Part shown: in pieces, positions 13,165-24,559 of the stretch
Numbering within the stretch: the first letter of the stretch is position 1
Layout of the letters: each line of letters starts with the position of its first letter
Notes under the pieces: model-generated
What the model was told of the DNA's origin: nothing
Seen by the model: only the letters and a program-made list of their open reading frames with translations
The model's database searches: none
Assembly (NCBI RefSeq): GCF_001194135.2
Contig: NC_068985.1
Span: 68,493,143 to 68,548,574 of the forward strand
Length of the DNA stretch: 55,432 nt
Source: Octopus bimaculoides
Lineage: Eukaryota
Direction: 5' to 3'
Position numbers and translations under genes: made by a program

Positions 13165-13540
13165 AGGCATGGCTATGTAGTAAGAAGTTGCTTCTCAACT
13201 ATATGGTTCCAGGTTCAGTCCCACTGCGTAGTATCTTGGGCAAGGTTCTTCTACTATTACCCCGGGCTGAACAAAGCCTTGTAAGTGGAATTGGTAGACG
13301 GAAACTGAAAGAAAGCCCTTCGTATATATTAATGCGTGCCTGTTCCTGTCCTCCATTACTGCTTGATAACCTGTGTTGTTGTGTTTACGTTCTCATAACT
13401 TAGCGTGTCAGTATAAGAGTTCGATAGAATAAGTACCAGGCTTAATGAAGTGTACTGGATCGATTCATTTGACTTAAAAACATACTTTAAGGCAGTGCTC
13501 TAGCATGACCGCATTCTAAAGACTGAAACACGATAAAAGA
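13165..13540 (+). mobile_element. tRNA-related SINE family B
   Basis: aggcatggctatgtagtaagaagttgcttc...aaagccttgtaagtggaattggtagacggaaactgaaaga...gatagaataagtaccagg...gactgaaac. Homologues at 18722, 41270 and 53460. Confidence 0.85.
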
Positions 13541-13829
13541 TTATATATATNNNNNNNNNNNNNNNNNNNNNNNNNNNNNNNNNNNNNNNNNNNNNNNNNN
13601 NNNNNNNNNNNNNNNNNNNNNNNNNNNNNNNNNNNNNNNNNNTATATATATACATATTGTGTGTGTGTGTGTGTGTGTGTATGTGTGTGTGTGCATGTAT
13701 CTATGTATGTATATGCGAAGTACATAGATAATACCAAGAAGGGTAGTAATATATCTCGTGTACTAATTATAAAGACAAAGGGAAAAAATAATCGCATCAA
13801 ATCAGTGTTTCTGTTGAGCTTTAGTCTAT

Positions 13830-16400
13830 AATTAGCTTAATAATCTTGCAACATCCCGAAATTCTTTCCATTATAATTTCATTTTCTCAATGAGCGAGGT
13901 TCACTCTCACAATGAATTTCCAAGTTGCATCGTAATCTAATAACCGTGTTTGCTAGAAGGAACTTCCGATGTCGTTAAATATCACGTGATATTATGTCAG
14001 TCATGTGTCCTTCCTTTAATTAACGCAACTTTAATATCTTAGATTCAATGTCACTGCTCTTTAAAGGAATATCATTACATTTTGCTCAGTTAGTTACACT
14101 ATTTGAAATCATATATAATATATTTTCGTGCAGCAAATTCCTGCATCATTATAGGAAACGGTTTTAATTCATTCTTTAATCTTGCAACTTAACTATTCCG
14201 TACAACTCTTTCCTTACAGACAATACACATAGCATATCCTTGATGCTCACGTAGCCATTATGTTTTTCATAAAGATACAGAACAAAGAAGACAATAAAAA
14301 TGAGTCGTGAAACAGAAATAAAACCGCGCTAACTTGATTGTGTCGAAGACATCAAAGCGCCGTGAAATTATTCTATAGAATCTGATCACAGTGAGTGGGC
14401 ATTAACGTATATAACCCTACTGACATCACGTTTTCTCTGATGTCAAGGAAGCACATCGTGTTCACGCACTTGTTTCAAACCACAGCAATCCTTAAACAAT
14501 GCACTTTAACAAACAATGTAAAATTAGAATCCACATCTTTACACACCGTGTGGTCCCAAACCTATAATAGTTTCTTTTTGATTTTTTGCAGAATATTTTT
14601 TTTGGTTCATGTTTTCTCGATATTAAATGAGTTTTTTTCCCAATAATTTGATGTACGCTTAAAATTTTTTAAAATTGATTTCGTGATATTGTTCTAAAAT
14701 TTCTCTTAGTGCATTGTTATGTCTTCTTTTAACTCAAAGGTTCAGTTTGCAGGTTGAAAATCTGTAGTGCAGGAGAAATGAAACAATATAGAATTGATTC
14801 ATGCATAATATAAAGTGTTCATAACTTATAAAATTACAAAGGAAAGAAGTGAAATATACGACTTCTCAAATAATTTGCTACCGATTTGATTTGACAGCCT
14901 AGTATTCAATATAATGTTCGTAAAGTAGAAACCAGCATGCTAGGGTGTTCTGCATTTTAAATATCTGGTTTAGGAAATTACACCAGAGTCCACTGTTGGT
15001 AATAATTTAAGTGAACGGTATTATTTCACACTGCTAACTCTGAAGTATATTTACATTAGAGACCCTCTTGGTAGGGTAGCTACGATTCTTTTTTTTTTTT
15101 TGTACATTCAAAGTCCTAATTAATTTAAACTGAACATAATATAACAGTATTATGACAAATGTTTAGAAGTAGGCCATATAAGAAGGGATTCCCCTCCCAT
15201 CATATATTTTAACAGCTATTCAGAATACACAGTCTTGTAATAGAAGAATTGATATATTTTAAATCTGATTATCAATTCTAAACTGAACTCGGGGGAAGCC
15301 TGTAATATTTAATTTCCTGGTCCAACTATGTATGAATTAGTATTGTGCGAAACACAACTTAACGTTTTCAGTAGTGAAGATGGTGCATAAGTGCTTTAGG
15401 CAATGGGGAAGATTGTCTTCTGCATATTCTTATTAAGAGATTGATACAAATGTAATACCAATTCCATACATATAGCTGTAGAATCGACGATTGTGTCGAT
15501 TTCATTACAGAGTGGAGTATTTCTTATCGATAAATTGTAGAAATGAAATTTGAGCCCATCAAAATGTAAATTAACGAATGAGGCCTTAATTCCTCTATTT
15601 TATAGTTTCTGCTAGTTCTGATGAGAATGTATTACTTCATGAGAATGTATTATTTCATTACATTATTGATGCGCGATGTGAAAAACAGAGACGACTTTGT
15701 GAAAATTGAATAAAAACTTATAACATCGACTGTAAATATTGGAAATCGGGATCTACCATTTCTGCCAATTTACCGATAAAAGATAATTATACCATGCATT
15801 AAAACTTTGGACGGCAGAATCCATTGAACTCGAGATAAAATACATTTCGATAGTATTTCACGTCGCTTTAGCGCGTTAGATTAAATTGAAATAGGATTGA
15901 CTTGGTCTTTCTTAATTCAATGGTCTTTAAATTAGTAACCGTGGATTGATGTGTCCATCAAATCTACAGTAGCCTGCCTCCAAAATGCATATTCATAACC
16001 AGCTGGACATACCAAAGTTTCTCTTAGAATTATTGAAACAGCTGATCGATTTTATTCATTACGTAAGACAAGCTAGTAAATTGCTAATTTTTAAAATAAA
16101 TTACAATGAACGGGCAATAAGAAATGTGAAAATAATGTATACTATATTGTCATAAAATCAGAGTTCTCTAACCCATATTGATTTTATTGGATAACGAGGG
16201 ATCTTTTCTAACATTAGAGACATTATAACAGTTAGGTAGACGAATCCATGTGATAGCGATATATCTTGGACAAAGACACGTCTTCGGGTGTATTTGAAGA
16301 ATAAATATCTCACAGTCCAGAATTTCATACTTAGAAATAGACACTGAGATTGAATACAAGGGGGCGGTAATAGAACATTTCTGCTCACTGTGATACAGCT
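13830..16400 (-). pseudogene. TLR-like relic, unit 3 (~2.5 kb, no large insertion)
   Basis: LRRNT PKTCLCP / LEKIP (ORFs 16168..16359 and 16158..16403). LRRs NLKTIELRK (15933), ISI*SNALKRREILSKCILSRVQWILPSKVL (15892-15800), ILMGSNFISTI, CFLDIRENV. LRRCT-like PTHCDQ. TIR-like FPIMMQEFAARKYI / ENILYMISNS (~14160-14095). Confidence 0.65.
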
Positions 16401-16419
16401 CAAAAATTCGGATTTAGTT

Positions 16420-16750
16420 TAGTATATGGTGCACCCAATTAACGAGCATTAATTATCGCATGTTTGTGTTGAGCAGAAAAGAAAACAATGATACAATATT
16501 TTCTCTTCTGAATTAACGGTTTAACGGAGTTTTCTTTGTATTTCAGCCATATATTATTTAGATAAGTTCTGGAAGTGATGATTGGCAACATTCCACCTTA
16601 GTGCTTCTGCAAATTAGAAACGATTAGTTGTTTGCTTAATAGAGGCAGATGCTGTAGATCATGATTTTAATGTTACTCAGACGGAGCTATTTCTTTGCTT
16701 CTAAATGGAAAGGTGTATGGAAAAGCCCCAATAGTTTCATAACATACAAA
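16420..16750 (-). pseudogene. Possible additional isolated TIR-like remnant
   Basis: NIKIMIYS..FLICRSTKVECC..SFLLNTNMR*LMLVNW; weak match to the TIR pattern. Confidence 0.25.
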
Positions 16751-16859
16751 CAAAAAATCATCACAGTCAATTCACGTGCATTGACCATAACAGAGGTAAA
16801 TAGGCTACACACTTTTACAAAAATACTTAGCATTGACCATAACAGAGAAAGTTGTCATG

Positions 16860-17352
16860 GTGACATGTGCTCAGAGGCCTACGCAATGTTGCAGAAAGGA
16901 TATGAAGAGGAGTGCATGAGCCGCACACAAGTGTACGAATGGGCTGACGTTTCCAAGATGGCCGTTATCGCTGAAAATTTAGGTATGAGACGCGTGTCTG
17001 TCAAATTTGTGCCATAGCTTCTTTCAACTGACCAAAAAGACACTCGAGTTTCAGTTGAACAAGGTCTCCTTGATTGTGTCGAGAATGATGAACATTTTTG
17101 AAAACTTTGCGTAGGCCTCTGAGCAGGTATTGCCAAACTTTTGTTAAATCTGATGCAGATTCTCTGCTCAACTTTATCATGTTCAGTGCGACGATCACAC
17201 GCTACACACCTTCTTTCCAAGCATTGCTGTAATCAGCGGAAGTGAGCAAGCACGTTACAACTTAGTGCGCATACACGCCAAATTACAAAGTCAATATGTG
17301 CATAACAGCTTCAGTATTCATGCTTTAACTTCGTTACTATAGCAACAGCCCG
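16860..17352. mobile_element. Rearranged mariner relic: 5' end on minus strand, continuation inverted on plus strand
   Basis: Minus: TA|CGGGCTGTTGC terminus and KVEQRICIRF. Plus: SEAYAMLQKGYEEECMSRTQVYEW..LGMRRVSVKFVP. Perfect 19-nt inverted match at 16868-16886 and 17107-17125. Confidence 0.8.
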
Positions 17353-17838
17353 TATACATATTATCAGACCACGTATGTATGTATATTATCTATCTATCTA
17401 TCTATCCATCCATCCATCCATCCATCCATCCATCCATCCATCCATCCATCCATCCATCCATCTATCCGTCTGTATGTCTGTATGTCTGTCTGACTGCCTG
17501 CCTGTATGTTTGTCTGTCTGTTTGCCTGCGTGCCTGTCTGTCTGTGTGGTTAAAAAGAAAATAACTATACACACACATACACATACATTCCCACATGTGC
17601 ACACGCATGCACACGCAGGCACGCACGCACACACGCACAGACACACACAAAAGACACACAATAACACACATGTAATGCGGAATCATTTTCACGGTACATT
17701 CGCATCAGCTATACGGATGAATAATGCATACATTTATTTATTTATTTATTTATGTGTTTCAGCCAAGTGGCTGCGGTCATGCTGGTGCACCATATTATGT
17801 TAGAAAGCAATAAGTCTCATGGTAATGTGAATGTTCTG

Positions 17839-18453
17839 GGATCTTTTTTAAAACGGGGGCCACATTTTTCATTAACGAAACACTTTGAAACTTGGAACAC
17901 TGGTAGAATGTGTCATATAAAACATCTTTTTCTCTTAGTCTTCTTTAAAAAAAAAGAAATCCATAAATTATTCCATGTTAAAGTTGTCGTATTTCTGTNN
18001 NNNNNNNNNNNNNNNNNNNNNNNNNNNNNNNNNNNNNNNNNNNNNNNNNNNNNNNNNNNNNNNNNNNNNNNNNNNNNNNNNNNNNNNNNNNNNNNNNNNN
18101 NNNNNNNNNNNNNNNNNNNNNNNNNNNNNNNNNNNNNNNNNNNNNNNNNNNNNNNNNNNNNNNNNNNNNNNNNNNNNNNNNNNNNNNNNNNNNNNNNNAA
18201 AAAAGCAAATAAAACGAAGAATCGTTTGTTTATGTAGTCGGCACTTAATGTATATCGACTGAATGGACGTCAGTGATTGGTTGAAATTATCGAAATAAGA
18301 CAATTTTTTACATGAAATAAATTCGAATACAAAAATATTTTTCTGTTCTATAACACAAAATAGATAAGTATACGAAGTTTGAAAGTCTTTCCGTACCAAA
18401 AACACTACGTAAAACATTAATGAAAAATGTGGCCCCCGTTTTAAAAAAGATCC
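17839..18453. mobile_element. Non-autonomous DNA transposon (MITE), Merlin-like
   Basis: Perfect 37-bp TIRs GGATCTTTTTTAAAACGGGGGCCACATTTTTCATTAA (17839-17875 and 18417-18453). 8-bp TSD ATGTTCTG (17831-17838 and 18454-18461). GG termini plus 8-bp TSD fit Merlin/IS1016; hAT not excluded. Confidence 0.85.
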
Positions 18454-18721
18454 ATGTTCTGCGTTTGTCGTATATTTCGAGAGCAGCGTATATTATTTTA
18501 CAAGCAATTTTGATATACATTACAACATCCACAAGTACGCACGCACAGACACTGAGACACATTTACGCACAAAGACATGTCGTACTGCTTCACTACAACT
18601 CAAACAGCAGAAGCAACATACGCCTATTATTTATTAAGCCCTTTCATCTAAAACCCCTTTCTCAAAGTTGGACTTAGCCTACATATAATAAAATATAGTA
18701 TTATTAATGAAATAATATCAA

Positions 18722-19190
18722 TAGGTGCAGGTGTGGCAGTTTGGTAAAAAGATTTGCTTCTCAATGACATGGGCATGGGTTCGATACCATTGCATGACAC
18801 CATAGATAATTGCTTTCTACTCTGACATCGGACCGACCAAAGCCTTGTGAATGGATGTGGTAGACGTAAATAGAATGACAAACGACGTATATATATNNNN
18901 NNNNNNNNNNNNNNNNNNNNNNNNNNNNNNNNNNNNTATATATATATATATGCACGTATCTATATGTGTGTGTCTTTGTGTATGTGTTTTTCCACACCAC
19001 AGTTTGACAACCGGTGTTGGTTTATTTACTTTCCCGTTGCTTAGCGTTTCGAAAAAAGACCGATAGAATAGACACAAGCACGAAAAAAAAAGGAAATGTA
19101 CTGGAGTCGATTACTTCGTCTAAAAACTGTTCGCTGCGGCGGTGCTCCAACAAGGCCGCAGGTTAGTGACTGAAACAAATAAAAGATAAG
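18722..19190 (+). mobile_element. tRNA-related SINE family B (internal gap)
   Basis: ggaccgaccaaagccttgtgaatggatgtggtagacg ... gaccgatagaata ... gcggtgctccaacaaggccgcaggttagtgactgaaac. Confidence 0.8.
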
Positions 19191-20869
19191 GACAAAAGCT
19201 TTATATCTTAGAACTATGCGAGATGTGCATAAGAATTTATATTTAGTTTTGCGGTCATACCCCACATTTAGCGCCATAACATCAATGAACTCTCTCACGA
19301 TGAGGAATAAAACCACGGCATAGACTCAAGTAATGACGGGCTATCCAACGATAAAAGCAATGATCACATATAAATAGTATAGTAATGTACATAAATGATT
19401 GAACTCACTACTATTGCTATATTCTACCAAGATTTTTATTTAAACTCAAATACATTATCAAATAGGTTGGATAATTTAAAACTGCTGCTAGAAAAAGCTT
19501 TAATATTTCATAGTGTTGTCTTCCTGAAAAACAAAGAAAGAAAGGAAAAAACATTCGGAACATGGGAGATATAAAATTCTGCATACTTTAAGACCTATGA
19601 ATATTCTTATTTTTCATTTATCTTTTCAATTAAGTTAATTGATCAAAAGGAAACGAAGATATTCTTTATCAAAGTACAATACATTTGCAATTCCAGAGGC
19701 ACCCAACCGTATCGAATATTGTTAGGACATATAATGGTGTATTCTGATAAAAGATGAGAATGCTTTCCTTTTTTTAATCTTAAGTTTTATAAACAATGCA
19801 TCCTGCTGAATTGAAAAGATATGAATGAAACTATGGAAATGTATGTACACACACACACACACACTCACACACACACACACTCTCCCTCCCTCTCTCTCTC
19901 TCTCTTTCTCTATCTCTTTCTGTTTCTCCTTCTCTCTCTTTCTCTCTCTTTCCTTCTCTCTCTCTCACATACATACATATATACTTTTATATTTATGGAT
20001 AAATACATCTAAATATGCGTGTGCATATATGAACGCTGCTGCTGCTCTCTCTCTCCTCTCCTCTCTTTTTGCTCTCTGTTTATGTGCAGATGGATGTATA
20101 TGTGTACTTATGTGTAACAAACTCTATTACTATTTCCGCATATGCAAATTATGTTTCAAAAGTTACATATCCGTATGCATGTATGCATATATAGTATGAG
20201 GAATCAGTTTACGTAGGACTATACGCATGTAAGCACATAACAATGTTACTGTGACGGTGTTTATAGGCATATGCATCATTATATCAATCCATGTATGTAT
20301 GTATTTACGTATGTATATCTATGAGTGCGAAAGCAGAGATAGAGAAATTAAGAGAGATGGAGAGAGAGGCAGACAGGCAGGGAGAAAAGTAATACATATG
20401 CACACACTATGTATATGCATGTGGGAGTAATGATTATTATGTATTCCAATATATTTCAACAAGATAACGACTGAGCATTAAGTAAGTGACAAGACTTCTT
20501 TTGTTCAAATACACACACGAATGGACAGCTTCAATCAGTTGTTGCAGTTCTGACAATTATTAAAGGTTTTCATCCTTTTGCCATTGGAATAAAATTTACA
20601 GAATGCGCGTTTCCTAGTTTTGTAGATTGCATATGGATAGAAAACTGCTATGACTTGTACAGATGCATTACATTATAGATCATAGAATGTGGCCTATTGT
20701 GGAGTGAAGTACAGCCCAACGTTTAAATAACGTGAATGTGAACAATATTTTGATGGGAATAGGAATACGTATGTGTGCATAAATCAAGTAAGCACGAGAA
20801 TACATATGGTAGCATATATACTTACATGTAGATGCACATAAATGCATATAATTATGCGTACTCACGTGT

Positions 20870-20894
20870 ATATGCATATGTATATATATATATA

Positions 20895-20940
<46 letters not shown>

Positions 20941-21132
20941 CATATATATACACGCACAAAGATATTCATATATGCATGCATACACGCATATATATGTGCG
21001 TGTGTATATATATATATATATATAGTAATAAATACAGTTACTACATACATAAATATATTTGTACATATATGTATATACATATGGGTATATGCTACACACA
21101 CACACACACANNNNNNNNNNNNNNNNNNNNNN

Positions 21133-21172
<40 letters not shown>

Positions 21173-21400
21173 CATATATATACACGCACAAAGATATTCA
21201 TATATGCATGCATACACGCATATATATGTGCGTGTGTATATATATATATATATATAGTAATAAATACAGTTACTACATACATAAATATATTTGTACATAT
21301 ATGTATATACATATGGGTATATGCTACACACACACACACACATACACACACACACACATACACACACACACACGCACACACACACACACACACATATATG
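20870..21400. repeat. TA/CA-rich ~230-bp unit present twice, either side of an N gap
   Basis: cacgcacaaagatattc...gtatatgctacacac occurs at ~20950-21110 and ~21183-21340 essentially identically. Confidence 0.7.
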
Positions 21401-22085
21401 ATGAAGAGAATGTTCTTTATGTTGCCTGTCTCGTTTCTCGGTTTGTTTCGTTCGAAAAAAGTTAATTTTCTATGTTTTTGCTTTTTATGTTCTCGTTTCT
21501 CATTTTGTCTACGTATTTTTGATGTCCTATACCCATATATGCATGTACATATACATATATATGAAGGTATATACATACATGTATGCATATATGCATATAT
21601 TTATTTATTATTTATACTATTATATGATCGAACGCCACGTATCCGTTTCCAAGTAAGATTTATCTTAATAATTACGATGCGCACTCATATTCTATCTCTA
21701 TTCTTTTTATCTATCTCTCTCTATTGTTCTTCTTCCTGTCTGTTTTTCTCTCCCACCCTTTCCCTATTCTTTTCTCCCATTTATCGTTCCCTATCTCTCT
21801 CACACTTCCTCCTTAACTCCCTCGAAGTCGCGTCTTGTCCCAACCTTCGAAACGCGGTGTAGATAAAACATGGGGCAACTGATGAAGGAAACGTACTTTA
21901 TGCTGCCTGTTTCTTTCGTTGTTCGAAAAAAAATGTTCATTTTCTGTTTTTGTTTTATATGTTCTCGTTTGTCATCTTGTCTACGTTTTTTTGATGTCCT
22001 GTACACATATATGCATGTATATATACATATATATGAAGGTATGTACATATATGTATGTATATATGCATATATTTATATATCATAT
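21397..22085. repeat. Diverged ~200-bp direct duplication (21397-21600 and 21880-22085)
   Basis: tgatgaag...tttatg(t/c)tgcctgt...gttcgaaaaaa...ttgtctacgt...gatgtcct...atatgaaggtat shared, with scattered substitutions. Confidence 0.75.
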
Positions 22086-23285
22086 ATANNNNNNNNNNNN
22101 NNNNNNNNNNNNNNNNNNNNNNNNNNNNNNNNNNNNNNNNNNNNNNNNNNNNNNNNNNNNNNNNNNNNNNNNNNNNNNNNNNNNNNNNNNNNNNNNNNNN
22201 NNNNNNNNNNNNNNNNNNNNNNNNNNNNNNNNNNNNNTATATATTGATAACTGATGTAGGTGTGTTTATATCCCCATCATAAAACGGTTCGGCAAAAGAG
22301 AACGATGATAAAATAAGTACTAAGATTGCAAAGAATAAATGAATATATGCGTAATATATATATAAATATATAAATATATATATATGCTTGTCTGTCTGTA
22401 TGTATGCCTGTATGTGTGCATATAGATAACAGTGGGTATTTCGTAACATGAAATCATATGCAGTTGTAATTGAATTTATCTGTTGCTCAAAAATAAGAAC
22501 ATCTGTGCTGTCTGTCGCAAAGCTTGTTAAAGATTAACGTAAAACCAACTTTGCTTATTTAGATAAGTATATGCGTATATGCTGACATGTATACACAGAT
22601 ATACAAAATAAAATAAAATATGAACATACGCGGTGTTTTATCTGTGCCTCAATCCCTAAGGCCGGAAGTAACATGAACATAATGTTTGACGTAGAGACTG
22701 ATAATCAACCAGGCAAAGAGTTCGATGAAGTGCTAGATAATGGCAAAAATTACAAACGATATAAATTACAATACAAATGACTGTCATGGATACATGAGAG
22801 ATAAGCAATTTTTAGAAATGCAGACTGAAATTTCAAACAGATGAACTTCACAGAAATAGTCTTCTTGAATCCTCGCTACAGAATACGATGCAAGTAAATG
22901 AAACGTTACTAAAGTCAAACCGACTCAAAATTTCTTTTGTTTCACAGAAGGCACTTTTAAGTCAGTTTTATTGATTATAATTAGAGGAGAGAAATTGCAA
23001 TACAAACACCTTTTAATGCAAACATATTCAAATGACCTGATATTCATCCACTGACTGAGACGAATTGATGCTTCACTCTTTTTCATATATAGATAAGAAT
23101 GTTCGCGTGAAGAGGCGTATTTGTATGAATGCGTATTTATTCGCGCGTGTGTATGCGCAAGTGAATAAATTAGTTTAAGATGTAATGTTTTAGGTGCAAT
23201 GCAATAAAAGTTTTCTAGTATCATGTATATCAACATTTCAAATCTTCAATGCCGTATTTTTGGCTTATAGTATATGTAGCATATA

Positions 23286-24540
23286 CACTGAACCGCAAAA
23301 GATACGCGAGAAATGTGTGACTGTGAAATATGTTCTAGTTTCATTATATTAGAGATAAATTTTGATAAATCTGATAAAGTCAGTTTCTAGGATGAACTTT
23401 GACCACAGCCTATGGGTCGTTGTTATGTGTTCTGGTAGTGGGCGGATCCAGCACATCGAGATTGTATGGCGTGACAAGTTCAATTCCATGTATTCCCTGG
23501 GTGTTCAAAACGGCCATAGACTGTCGGTACATGGAGTGCATGAAGCGGTTCATAAAAACCATTGGCACCTGTGCCCACACGCTGAGGAAAGCGCCCTCCA
23601 GTTCCACATGAGTTGTCGGCCTTGGTAGCACCTGGTTCAGCCGTCTCTGGATTTCATCGCACAGGTGTTTAACTGGGTTCAAATCCGGGCTGAGAGCCGG
23701 CCACGGCATGGTTCTGATGTGCTGTCGCAGGAAATTCATGATGTCACTGGCCGTGTGAGAGGGAGCATTGCCTTGCTGGAACATGTGGCTATGGTGACGC
23801 GCGAAGAAGGGCACTGCGTGAGGTCTTAGGACCTGTTCAACGTAGTGCCACGCTGTGATGCCATTCCCTCTGCCTGCACCAACATTTTGGAACACATGGG
23901 GACCAATTCTCTGATTCAGGCCTATGGTATCCCAAACTGTGATGCTTTGGCTAGCCCATGCGTCTCTCTCCCTGACAAATGCAGCTCTGTAGCGCTCAAC
24001 TCTCCTACGCCACCTGCTCACTCTGCCATCGGAGATGGAAAGACAGTATCAGCCCTCGTCAGAGAAAACTATCGATCTCCATTGTTGATGCCGCCAAAGT
24101 CGGTGCTGTGTAGCCCACTGTAGTGGTGCATGACGGTGTCGGGTGGTGAGGACACGCCCTCGAGCAGGACGACGGCAACGCTGGTTGTTGGCGGCCAGTC
24201 GACGTCGTACTGTGTCGTTTCTGATAGGTCGCTGTCCAGCGCGAATGGTCTCGTGAGCTGTTACGCTGGCCGGTCTGAAGCGATCACAGAGGTGTTGCAG
24301 GTGGATGAAGAGATTTTGCCTGGGCGTGGTCACCTGGTAGCACCCTCTATGGTCACGGTCTGCTGTATTCTTGGTGTTGTCGTACCGCTGTTGCAGGCGA
24401 TAGACGATGCTGGTATGAACATTGTAAGCTTTCGCAACAACCAGGGCTCGCTGCTCTGCTTGCAATCGGCCGATAGCTTGTTCTCTCTGCGCTGCTGACA
24501 ATCGGGTGATACCTGATGCGCCCGAATTACGAATTAATTT
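23286..24540 (-). mobile_element. Tc1-family transposon, frameshifted and catalytically dead, one TIR
   Basis: ORFs 24049..24501 (HTH..IVFSDE) and 23410..24021 (MFQQGNAPSH, WPALSPDLNPVKHLCD; second D to G, E to K). TA|CACTGAACC terminus at 23286; no partner TIR found. Confidence 0.9.
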
Positions 24541-24559
24541 TAGGCTATAAAGGCCTTAC

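Larger units (their letters stand above)
17690..23150 (-). pseudogene. TLR-like relic, unit 4, split by microsatellites, a SINE and a MITE
   Basis: RCLYC..DLKVPS (ORF 22925..23236), LLASYSVARIQEDYFCEVHLFEISVCISKNCLS (22918-22800), LRRCT ICDHCFYRWIARH (19371). After MITE removal the TIR reads KIIYAALEIYDKRRTFTLP*DLLLSNIIWCTSM (W 17792-17790). Confidence 0.6.

Noticed and set aside
20870-21400. Near-identical tandem duplication
   Set aside because: It flanks an N gap, so it is most likely an assembly overlap artefact
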